Of a DNA stretch of 64,000 bases, positions 9,326-17,952 are shown one piece after another; position 1 is the first letter of the stretch; each line of letters opens with the position of its first letter. The stretch spans positions 581,848-645,847 of the forward strand of contig CBDEUM010000014.1 of assembly GCA_965242925.1 (NCBI GenBank), written 5' to 3'. A program made the translations under genes and the position numbers. This DNA is from Roseibacillus sp. (GTDB lineage Bacteria > Verrucomicrobiota > Verrucomicrobiia > Verrucomicrobiales > Akkermansiaceae). A model generated the notes under the pieces. The model was given only the letters and a program-made list of their open reading frames with translations, had not been told where the DNA came from and searched no databases.

Positions 9326-10474
9326 ATGAAGTCCCCTTGGATCCTCCGCGTCCTCGCCCTCGTCGGGTTGACAATCTGCGGATATCTCGGGGCCCTCAAA
9401 TTCACCGGGCAGACGACCTCCATCGTGGGCTGTGGCGCCGGATCCGGCTGCAGTAACGTCCTCGGCTCGGAGTGGTCCCAGTTCCTTGGTGTTCCCGTCA
9501 GTGTCCTCGCCGGGGTCGTTTACCTCGCGCTGCTCATCACCACCTGGCGGCCCTCCCGTCCCCTCTACGGGGCTTTCGCCATCTGCCTCACCGGCGCCGC
9601 ACTCTGGTTCATCGGTCTGCTGTATTTCACCATTAAGGCGGTCTGTCCCTGGTGCCTCGCCATGCACACGATCGGCATCCTCTCCTCCATCGTCCTGGTA
9701 CTTTCTCTAACCCAGCTCCCGACCACCAATCCCAGGACTCCCCTTCGCTTCGCCCCCCTGGGGGCCATTACCGCCCTCCTGGTCCTCGCGCTGGGCCAGC
9801 TCCTTGGTCCCAAGCCGGACACCCACGCCCGGACCACCGAGGTGGTGCGTGATGCAGACCAGGGGAAGAGAGCCGAGGGCCGGGTGGTCTCCTTCTTCAA
9901 GGGCCGCAAACACTACAATGCGGTGACCATGCCTCACCTCGGCCCCTCCGGCGCGAAGCATGTCATGGTGAAGTATTTCGACTACACCTGCAGCTCGTGC
10001 CGGGAGATGCATGAGCATCTCCATTTCGTGACGGAGTCACACCCGGACACCTTCTGCATCATCCTTCTCCCGGTCCCCCTCAACCGCGCCTGCAATCCCT
10101 TCTTTCCTACCGACCTCACCAATCACGATCATGCCTGTGAACTGGCCCGCCTGAGCCTCGCCGCGTGGCGGGCCAATCCGGACCGCTGGCCCGAGGTCCA
10201 TGAGCAGCTCTTCTCCCGCCCGGTTCTCCCGCCGGAAGTGGCCGAGGCCGCGGTGGGACAGATCGTCGGCTACGATGAACTGGCCGGGGCCCTGGAGGAT
10301 CCCTGGATCAATCAGATCCTCCAGACCGGCATCAACGATTTCAAACAGATGATCTTCCGCACCCGTGCCATGCCAAAACTGGTCGTCGGTGATGACGAGG
10401 TCCTGCACGGTGCGCCCCGCTCCAGGGAAGTTCTGCTCGGAAATCTTGAGCAGCTCTACCGGCTCAGTGAGTAG
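9326..10474 (+). CDS. VKOR family protein fused to a DsbA/thioredoxin domain
   Basis: GCGAGSGCSNVLGSEWS loop cysteines, TM helices, CPWC; C-terminal YFDYTCSSC thioredoxin-like motif. Confidence 0.88.
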   Translation: MKSPWILRVLALVGLTICGYLGALKFTGQTTSIVGCGAGSGCSNVLGSEWSQFLGVPVSVLAGVVYLALLITTWRPSRPLYGAFAICLTGAALWFIGLLYFTIKAVCPWCLAMHTIGILSSIVLVLSLTQLPTTNPRTPLRFAPLGAITALLVLALGQLLGPKPDTHARTTEVVRDADQGKRAEGRVVSFFKGRKHYNAVTMPHLGPSGAKHVMVKYFDYTCSSCREMHEHLHFVTESHPDTFCIILLPVPLNRACNPFFPTDLTNHDHACELARLSLAAWRANPDRWPEVHEQLFSRPVLPPEVAEAAVGQIVGYDELAGALEDPWINQILQTGINDFKQMIFRTRAMPKLVVGDDEVLHGAPRSREVLLGNLEQLYRLSE

Positions 10475-10602
10475 CCCCGCCCACTCTTTCTGCCCCGGGG
10501 GCTCTCCTCCCCTCTCCCTCCATTTGCGAGAATAGAGCAAATCCCTTGAATAGATTGACCCCGGCCGGGGTCAAACCGCAGGTAACCACCCCGCTCGAAT
10601 CC

Positions 10603-10983
10603 ATGATAAAAATACTCCTCACCATCGCTGCCGTGACCCTCGCCAGCCTCATTTCCGCACCTCGTGCAGAAGCTGGACACTCATCTCCCTGTCTAACCTA
10701 CCGAAGCGGATACGCTTCCTGTGGATGCCCGGTCTATACCCGGCGTTACGTCCGGGGATACGACTGTCACGGCCACCCCATTTTCGCCTACAGCCGGGCT
10801 CCCCTGTCCCATGGACACTCGTGCCGTCACCGGGTCCAGCATCACAATCACCACTCCCGAACCGTTATGTCCCGGAGCACGCATTGCTCCCAGCCCCGGA
10901 TTACCCTGAGCAGTCACAGATCCCACGGACGCTCCTCCGGAGTCTCCTTCAGTTTCTCGCTCGGCGGCCGCAGGTGCCGCTGA
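10603..10983 (+). CDS. Small exported His/Arg/Cys-rich hypothetical protein
   Basis: Signal peptide (..APRAEA), SCGCPVY, His-rich middle, GVSFSFSLG end; followed by a terminator. Confidence 0.65.
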   Translation: MIKILLTIAAVTLASLISAPRAEAGHSSPCLTYRSGYASCGCPVYTRRYVRGYDCHGHPIFAYSRAPLSHGHSCRHRVQHHNHHSRTVMSRSTHCSQPRITLSSHRSHGRSSGVSFSFSLGGRRCR

Positions 10984-11022
10984 CCCCACCGCCTCAGGGC
11001 CCGATATCCCAACATCTCAACC

Positions 11023-11056
11023 GCGGGGAGAACGATCGTTCTCCCCGCCTTTTTTT
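11023..11056 (+). terminator. Rho-independent terminator
   Basis: GCGGGGAGAAC-GATC-GTTCTCCCCGC perfect stem followed by a T run. Confidence 0.85.
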
Positions 11057-11149
11057 GTCCACTTCCCGAGATACATCGACCCTCGGATGCCGCTCCGGGG
11101 GAGAATTTAGCAGTTCGTTATTCCCCCTTTCTCGCTTAACTTCAAGTTC

Positions 11150-12169
11150 ATGGCCCGTCTCCCTGCCGTCCTCCTCCCCCTCCTCATGGGGGTGCAGATC
11201 ATGGCGGCGGCCCCCCGGGCGACTGACGAAATTCTTTCCGCTCTCCAGACCCGCCTGGAGAACAATGCCGGCTTTGAGGATCTCCTCGAGCAGCTGGATA
11301 ATCTCGAACCCAAGGAACTGGCGCGACTCCAGGCCGAATACGACAAGGTCTGGCCCCGTATGCGCGACGCCTACCTACAAGCCTTCAAGGAGGAAGCCAA
11401 GGAGCAGAACTCAGGCTCGATGCGCCAGGCCAACCAGAAGGCAATCCGGGAAGCTCGGGAATCCTTTCACTCCGTACGAATCATGCCGGAGGGGCCCATG
11501 AAGGCCGCTATCATCGCCCGGAGCGAACCGGCGGTCGGGCTTCTCCACGAACTCCTCCTCCCCTCCTCCGGACGCATCCTCGGGATCGCGGGTGATCCTC
11601 TTAACAAACAGCGGGCCCAGGTCCTTCGCCTGGGCGAGTTTCGTGACGGAATCCTCAAGGCGGCCATCGCCATCGAGGACGCCGACTCGGTCGCAAGGGT
11701 GAAGGCCGAAGAGCAAACGGTGGCTGAGGACCTCTCCGACCTGAGCCGCGATGGGCTGAGGCTCATGGAGCATAACCGCAAGATCGCCGAGGCGGAGATG
11801 GTCCCCAAGGCCGAATGGCGTGGAATCGAGGAACTCAACCAGATGCGCCTTCTGGCGGGCCTCAACGCCCTCCTTCTCGACCCAAGGCTGTGCAATGCCT
11901 CCCGCGGGCACTCCGAAGACATGGCCACCCTCGGGTTCTTCAGCCACACCTCGCCGGTGAAGGGAAAACAGTCCTTCGTCCAGCGGGCCGCGCTGGCGGG
12001 CGCCACTTCAAGCGCGGAGAACATCTTCATGGGATCCAACAGTCCAAAGGCCGCAAACCGCGGCTGGTTCCGCTCCCCCGGGCACCACAGGAACATGTTC
12101 AATCCCGGCCACCGCCGGGTGGGCCTGGGCAACTATGGATCACACTGGACCCAGATGTTCGGACGCTAG
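11150..12169 (+). CDS. CAP (SCP) domain protein, exported
   Basis: HSEDMA, FFSH, AENI, WFRSPGHHRNM, WTQMFG. Confidence 0.9.
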   Translation: MARLPAVLLPLLMGVQIMAAAPRATDEILSALQTRLENNAGFEDLLEQLDNLEPKELARLQAEYDKVWPRMRDAYLQAFKEEAKEQNSGSMRQANQKAIREARESFHSVRIMPEGPMKAAIIARSEPAVGLLHELLLPSSGRILGIAGDPLNKQRAQVLRLGEFRDGILKAAIAIEDADSVARVKAEEQTVAEDLSDLSRDGLRLMEHNRKIAEAEMVPKAEWRGIEELNQMRLLAGLNALLLDPRLCNASRGHSEDMATLGFFSHTSPVKGKQSFVQRAALAGATSSAENIFMGSNSPKAANRGWFRSPGHHRNMFNPGHRRVGLGNYGSHWTQMFGR

Positions 12170-12176
12170 GATCCCG

Positions 12177-12605
12177 TCAAGGATCACAGGGGCTACTCCC
12201 TCCCGGAGAGCGTTCCAACCTCAGGGGTTTTCCTTCCGGCATCTGGACCAGGGCAAGTTGTTGCCGGCAGGTGATAAGGAGGGCCCCGTCCTCGGGCCGC
12301 CGCATTTCGAAGGCACACCAGAAGCGAACCCGCCCCCAGTCGTCGAGCCAGCCCCGGGTCTCCAGCAAATCCCCCAGTCGGCCAGGCCTGCGGTAATCGA
12401 TCTCGGTCCGCACCACCACGGGATAGACCTGGGTCTGTGCCATGCTCCGCAGGTCAAATCCCAGTTGCCCCGCCAGCCTGGTCCGGCACCTCTCAATCAT
12501 CCGCAGGTAGGCGAGGTTATGGACGACGCCCCCGGCATCGGTGTCGTAAAACATCACTTCATCCTGGGTGCGCTCCTCGGGACGAATACCATCCGGCTCA
12601 GCCAT
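12177..12605 (-). CDS. Acyl-CoA thioesterase (4HBT/YbgC family)
   Basis: YDTDAGGVVHNLAYLRMIE hotdog-fold motif; start taken at ATG 12605. Confidence 0.88.
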   Translation of the reverse strand: MAEPDGIRPEERTQDEVMFYDTDAGGVVHNLAYLRMIERCRTRLAGQLGFDLRSMAQTQVYPVVVRTEIDYRRPGRLGDLLETRGWLDDWGRVRFWCAFEMRRPEDGALLITCRQQLALVQMPEGKPLRLERSPGGSSPCDP

Positions 12606-12717
12606 GACGGAAATGTAGCGGACGAAAGAGCGAGGCACAGAGCAATCCGCCCTCCCGCGTTCTTCCCCGGAGCCAAAGGGTTGCGTCGGGTCTGGCCATG
12701 AGAGAGACTTCCGCCGC

Positions 12718-14484
12718 ATGCGCGCGTGCTCTCTGGTCCTCCTGTTCCACCTGCTTACGCCCTCCCTGTGGGCGGATGTCTACATGGGCCCGGACCCGGC
12801 CGCCGCTCTCTTCCGGCGGGACAGGATCCCCATCGACACGGACACCATGCGGGAGCTCTCCCGGCACCTCACTGACCTGGCTCGCCGCGAAATGGTTCGG
12901 GATTCCATCCAGTTGCGGGCCACCGCCCAGTTGCTCGCCATCGCCATGCGTCTCGATCCCGCCAACCGGCCGGCCCGTGAGATCGACAAGGCCCTCAGAG
13001 AAGAACGACCGGTTGATCCCCTTAAGGGCGACATCAATGACCCGCTGCGCCAGACTTGGGGTATCGCCGACTGGCTCGTCGACCCCGAAGCGGGCAAAGC
13101 AGGCGGTCGTCTCGGCCACCAGATCATCGACGCCCTCGCTGTGATCAATCCCCGGAGCCCCCTCGCCAAGCTCCATGATCCGAAAGGTGAGCCCGATCGC
13201 TGGCAGAATGTGGTTCAGCCCCTCGCGGCCTACCGCCGGAGCCCGGAACCGGAAAAGGCTCCCGACCCCCCACAGCCGGAGCCCCCGCCCATCGAACGTC
13301 CCCCCATCCTGCTCCGCCAGGCCAGCACACAGACACCTCTCTTTCTCTACGACAAGGATCTCCGTCGACACCTGCGCCTCGTGACGCTTCAGATGCAGGT
13401 CGAGGAGCTGGCTCAACCCGATCCTTTCTCCTTCTCCCTCCTGCCCGCCATCGAGTCCCCCGACATCGATTCCGCCCGCATCGAGGCCCGGAAGCTCCTT
13501 GAGAAAAGCTGGCCCAATCTTCCCATCAGGTACATCGCCCGGATCTCGACGGGCAAGGAACGCTATGCCTCCAAGAACGAGCAGGCCATCTCGGGCCCGG
13601 CCGCACTCCTCATGCATGCCGCCCTGGCCGACAAACAACTTCGCCCTGATGTCATCTTCGTGGGCGAGTTGACGCCCGATGGCAACCTGACCAGACCACG
13701 CCAGAGCTGGGACTACCTGCGGGCCCTGCGGGTCGCCGGGGGTGGCCGCCTCCTGGTGCCCGCCGATTTCGAGCCGGAGCTGCGAGCCATGATCGCGCTG
13801 GAGGATCCCGCCTTCTTCCTGCGCTGGGAGGTCCTCATCGTAAACTCACTTGAAGTCGCCCTGAGCCTGGCTGCCGTGAACGGAGACCCCGAGGGACTGG
13901 CGGTCACTTCCGCGCTTTATACCGAGCTCCGCGAGGTGAGCCGGAACAAGGACGTGGGCCAGCTCTGTGTGAACGCCAAGGTGCGCGAACGCTTGACAGA
14001 AATCGTCAGCAAGGCGCCCTTTCACTGCTCCGCCAGGATGCTCCTCACCCAGGGAAATGCCGCAGAACGGCCCACCCGGGTGGAGCGGGAAGTGGCCGCC
14101 CGCATCCTGCGCAGTGCCGTCGAGCCCCTGAGCGGGATCGTTCGCCCTCCCCTTTCCCAGCTCAGCGTGAAGCGCCTTATCACCACCGGGGAGGCCTCAG
14201 GTGCCGAGATCGAGCGCTTCGCCAAGTTCATTTCTCCCACGGAACGGGATTTGGTGAAAGAGGCGCGGGAGATCGCGCAGCTGGCCGAAGCCCTGGGCCG
14301 GGGCAAACGCGACGGTGACCTGAGGGAGGGCGTGGTTTACTATCGCAAAATTCCCCTTCCAGACTACCATCATGATCTGCAGACGAGGTTTTCAGCTTAC
14401 CTCAGGAAACTCGCCCCCTTTACCCGAGAAACCATCCGGGACGATCCGCCTGCCGATCCTGCCAAAGCACAGAAAATCCCCTGA
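12718..14484 (+). CDS. Exported protein with degenerate Lon (S16) protease-like domain
   Basis: Resembles the downstream gene; AISGPAALLMHAAL...FVGELTPDG aligns to the Lon C-domain but lacks the catalytic Ser and Lys. Confidence 0.6.
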   Translation: MRACSLVLLFHLLTPSLWADVYMGPDPAAALFRRDRIPIDTDTMRELSRHLTDLARREMVRDSIQLRATAQLLAIAMRLDPANRPAREIDKALREERPVDPLKGDINDPLRQTWGIADWLVDPEAGKAGGRLGHQIIDALAVINPRSPLAKLHDPKGEPDRWQNVVQPLAAYRRSPEPEKAPDPPQPEPPPIERPPILLRQASTQTPLFLYDKDLRRHLRLVTLQMQVEELAQPDPFSFSLLPAIESPDIDSARIEARKLLEKSWPNLPIRYIARISTGKERYASKNEQAISGPAALLMHAALADKQLRPDVIFVGELTPDGNLTRPRQSWDYLRALRVAGGGRLLVPADFEPELRAMIALEDPAFFLRWEVLIVNSLEVALSLAAVNGDPEGLAVTSALYTELREVSRNKDVGQLCVNAKVRERLTEIVSKAPFHCSARMLLTQGNAAERPTRVEREVAARILRSAVEPLSGIVRPPLSQLSVKRLITTGEASGAEIERFAKFISPTERDLVKEAREIAQLAEALGRGKRDGDLREGVVYYRKIPLPDYHHDLQTRFSAYLRKLAPFTRETIRDDPPADPAKAQKIP

Positions 14485-14608
14485 TTACACAAATTGTGGC
14501 GCGAGAATCGCTGCCCGGGTGTAACAAGGGCGCCCATCCGCCTCCCGGCCTAAGCTTTTGCTTTAGCGAAGCGCCACAGATCGCATAAACTCCTTTAGCC
14601 GCTTCAAG

Positions 14609-16390
14609 ATGAACCCGAACCCTTCCCGCGCTCTCGTCCTTTGCGTCGTTCTCCTTTTCCCCGGGCTCCGGGCCAACGTGCACGCCCAGGATGAGGACCG
14701 GCTCTTTTACCTGCCGGACATGGAGGTCGAGCTCTTCGACACCGCATCCCTTGATTTTGGACGACGGGGCACGTTCGACAAGTCGGGCCTGGTGGCAGCC
14801 CTGGCCCGGATCGCCAGTGACTTTGATCCGGAAGAGAAAAACGGCAACGTCCCCAACCTGCTGCGCTCCAACGCCCTTGGAATCGCCGGTCGGATCAATC
14901 CCGATGCCAAGTCCTTCAAGACCACCTATGAACAGCTCGAGAAGGCCGCCGAGGCCTATGGCAGCAGCGGCACCAGCAAGGACCGCCTGGTGGGGAATAT
15001 CTTCCGCGGCGTGCGCACCCTGCTGAAGGACAAGGACAACGAGGACAATAAGATCTGTGCCGCCTATTGTGTGGACGTCGCCTTGCGCCTCCTGCCCGGC
15101 CACAAGTACGCCGGGGATCTCGAAAAGATCCAGCAGGACCTCGAAAAAAACGGTGTCGAGATCGACTGGGATCAGCTCCAGGGCAAGGCCGTGGTGAAGG
15201 AGACCCCTTGGAATCCCTTCGGGCAGGGAGGCCGCATGGAGCCCCGCAAGGAAAAGATGCCCGGGGGCAAGGCCAAGGGCCTGGCTTCCAACCAGAGCTC
15301 GGTCGTCGGGCTCGTGGTGGTCACTCTCGGCAGCGGGAAGCATGCCGGCGCCGCCGCCGAGATCATCGCAACCGCCCTCCGGGAGGAGGGGGTCAAGGGC
15401 GTGGAGTTCAAGATCGACCAGAAGGTCGGAGACATGATGGGCAACAGTCTCAAGTCCATCCGCGATTATCTGCGCGTCACCTATGAACCAAAGGGCATGG
15501 TGCCTGATGGCTACCAGGTGAGCATCGTCTTCCAGGACCGCGACCAGCGGGTGGACGGGCCCTCGGCGGGAACCGCCATGGCACTGATGCTCGATGCTCT
15601 CTTCTCCGGAGAGAAGATCGATGATGAATTCGCCTGCACGGGCGGGATCACGCCCAACGGGAAGGTGACCAGCATTGGCGGAGTCGCCGCCAAGATCCGC
15701 GGCGCAACGCGGCGCAAGTGCAGGATCGTCGGGGTGCCCGACGGCAATGCCAAGGGAGTGAACGACATCCTCGTGCTCGACGGGATTCAGCCGCTTCTGG
15801 ATATCCAGGTCTTCACCATGAAGGACATGGACGATGCCCGGGCCCTCTCGCGTGCCGAGAAGGACAAGGACGTGCAGTCCACCCTCGATGATTTCAAATC
15901 GGTGGCGGACGTGATTACGGATCAGGGCGATACAGCTCTCAAGAACAACCGCGTCCAGGAACGCCTGGAGGAGGTCCTCAAGAAAATGCCCAATCACATC
16001 TCTGCCCAGCTTCTCCTCGACCACATCCGCGAGAAGGCTCCCGAACATCTCTCTGTCGGCGGCAGTTTCCATGAGATTGATTCCCGTGCTTCGGGTGTCT
16101 TCAGCCGCGTACAGCGCATGATGTTCCGCGAGAAGTTCAGCGAGGGCGCCGCCGCCCGCACCGACGCGGAGGACGCCCGCAAGGAGCTGGCGGAACTCGA
16201 CGGCAAGGTCCACGAGAAATTCGAAGAATACCACAAGGCTTCAATCGATCTCTGCGAGACGATCGAGGAGGGCGTTCAGGACGGTGAGAAGGAATTTATC
16301 AAGACGCTCAAGAGCAAATGGGCCAAGATCTCCAGTATCCGCAAGAAGCTCCGGGATGACCCCGAGATCTTCGAAGAGATCCGTGGGTAG
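14609..16390 (+). CDS. Exported S16 (Lon C-terminal) serine protease, no AAA+ module
   Basis: DGPSAG (catalytic Ser), TGGITPNGKVTSIGGVAAK (catalytic Lys), VGVPDGN; signal peptide; no Walker A seen. Confidence 0.88.
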   Translation: MNPNPSRALVLCVVLLFPGLRANVHAQDEDRLFYLPDMEVELFDTASLDFGRRGTFDKSGLVAALARIASDFDPEEKNGNVPNLLRSNALGIAGRINPDAKSFKTTYEQLEKAAEAYGSSGTSKDRLVGNIFRGVRTLLKDKDNEDNKICAAYCVDVALRLLPGHKYAGDLEKIQQDLEKNGVEIDWDQLQGKAVVKETPWNPFGQGGRMEPRKEKMPGGKAKGLASNQSSVVGLVVVTLGSGKHAGAAAEIIATALREEGVKGVEFKIDQKVGDMMGNSLKSIRDYLRVTYEPKGMVPDGYQVSIVFQDRDQRVDGPSAGTAMALMLDALFSGEKIDDEFACTGGITPNGKVTSIGGVAAKIRGATRRKCRIVGVPDGNAKGVNDILVLDGIQPLLDIQVFTMKDMDDARALSRAEKDKDVQSTLDDFKSVADVITDQGDTALKNNRVQERLEEVLKKMPNHISAQLLLDHIREKAPEHLSVGGSFHEIDSRASGVFSRVQRMMFREKFSEGAAARTDAEDARKELAELDGKVHEKFEEYHKASIDLCETIEEGVQDGEKEFIKTLKSKWAKISSIRKKLRDDPEIFEEIRG

Positions 16391-16474
16391 AGTGCGGCCC
16401 TGCACCGTCGCGAGTCCCGCCCGCGGTCGAACTGGATCCTGGCGGCCTGTGGCCTCCGCTCTACCAGGGACCTG

Positions 16475-17920
16475 CTACGCCAGAATCTCCTTCACCACCT
16501 TGCCGTGTACGTCGGTGAGACGGAAATCCCGTCCCGAGTACCGGTAGGTCAGCTTCTCGTGATCAAAGCCGAGAAGGTGGAGGATGGTGGCCTGCAGGTC
16601 GTGGACGTGGACGGGATTCTCCTCGGCCTGAAACCCATAGGGGTCCGTAGTCCCATGCACATGGCCCCCCTTCACTCCTCCGCCCGCAAGCCAGACCGTG
16701 AACCCATAATGGTTGTGGTCGCGGCCGTTGATCTTGCCGGCATTGGAGCCTTTCTTGGGCATCTCCACAGTGGGAGTCCGCCCGAACTCTCCGCCCCACA
16801 TGACCAGGGTCTCCTCCAGAAGGCCCCGCATCTTGAGGTCCTTGAGGAGAGCTGCAATGGGCTGATCGCATTCCCTTGACAGTTTCCTGTGATTCTTTTC
16901 CAGGTCGTCATGATTGTCCCAGGGTTGTCCCGCTCCGTGCCAGACCTGCACGAAGCGCACCCCGCGTTCGATGAGCCGCCGCGTAATGAGCATCTGCCGC
17001 GCCTGGGTTCCGCTGCCGTACATCTTCCGGATCTCTTCCGGTTCCCTGCTGATATCAAAGGCATCGGTCGCCTCCATCTGCATTCGGTAGGCCAGCTCAA
17101 AGGACTGCAGGCGGGCTTCCAGCCGTGCGTCATGACTTCTTTGCCTCTGATGGTCCTCATTCATCGCCCGCAAAAGATCGAGTTGGCGTCGTTGTTCACT
17201 GTCTCCCATCCCGCTCTCAATGTGTTCCACCAGTTTTTTCGGATCGGAGTGACTGGTATCCACGTAGGTCCCCTGGAAGGCCCCCGGCAGGAAGGCCGAC
17301 TGCCAGTTCTGCGTTTCCTGAATGGGATAGCCGCCCGGACACATGGCCACGAACCCCGGTAGATTCTGGTTTTCCGAGCCCAGCCCGTAGGTGACCCAGG
17401 AGCCCATCGCCGGGCGCACCAGGCGCCCGTCCCCACAATTCATCAAAAGCAGGGAGGGTTCATGGTTGGGCACATCGGCATGCATCGAACGGATCACACA
17501 GAGCTCATCCGCCATGCTGCCGACCTGCGGAAAGAGGTCGGAGACTTCCAGCCCGCACCGCCCCCTCCTCGTAAATCCGAAGGGCGACTTGAAGGCCGCT
17601 CCCGTGGGCCGTTCCGTCTTGAGCATCTTGGGCAACTCCTGGCCATGCAGCTTCGTGAGTTCCGGCTTGGGATCAAAGGTGTCGAGATGGGAAGGCCCCC
17701 CGTTCATGAAGAGATGAATGACGGCCTTGGCCTTGCCGGGAAACTGCGGTCTGCGCGGAGCAAGTGGGTTGAGGTCCAGGCCGGAGCCCTTCCCCTCCTC
17801 CGCGGCCACCAGCCCGGGAACACCATTCAGGGCCACCGCCGCCATCCCCATCCCGGCGCGCGACAGCATCTGTCGCCTGGTCAGGAAGAGGTGCTCTGGA
17901 TTGAACGCGTGATGTGGCAT
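16475..17920 (-). CDS. DUF1501 family protein (Tat signal)
   Basis: TRRQML, LFMNGGPSHLDTFDPKP, GEFGRTP, GRDHN; start taken at ATG 17920. Confidence 0.9.
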   Translation of the reverse strand: MPHHAFNPEHLFLTRRQMLSRAGMGMAAVALNGVPGLVAAEEGKGSGLDLNPLAPRRPQFPGKAKAVIHLFMNGGPSHLDTFDPKPELTKLHGQELPKMLKTERPTGAAFKSPFGFTRRGRCGLEVSDLFPQVGSMADELCVIRSMHADVPNHEPSLLLMNCGDGRLVRPAMGSWVTYGLGSENQNLPGFVAMCPGGYPIQETQNWQSAFLPGAFQGTYVDTSHSDPKKLVEHIESGMGDSEQRRQLDLLRAMNEDHQRQRSHDARLEARLQSFELAYRMQMEATDAFDISREPEEIRKMYGSGTQARQMLITRRLIERGVRFVQVWHGAGQPWDNHDDLEKNHRKLSRECDQPIAALLKDLKMRGLLEETLVMWGGEFGRTPTVEMPKKGSNAGKINGRDHNHYGFTVWLAGGGVKGGHVHGTTDPYGFQAEENPVHVHDLQATILHLLGFDHEKLTYRYSGRDFRLTDVHGKVVKEILA

Positions 17921-17952
17921 CTTCTTCCCCTCTGGATCAGCAGGACGTCGCG

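Noticed and set aside
14420..16234. Long antisense ORFs (also 4144-5730, 23426-24796, 38319-39977, 44941-46461, 47796-49469)
   Set aside because: Shadow frames opposite well-supported genes, expected in GC-rich DNA; no family motifs.
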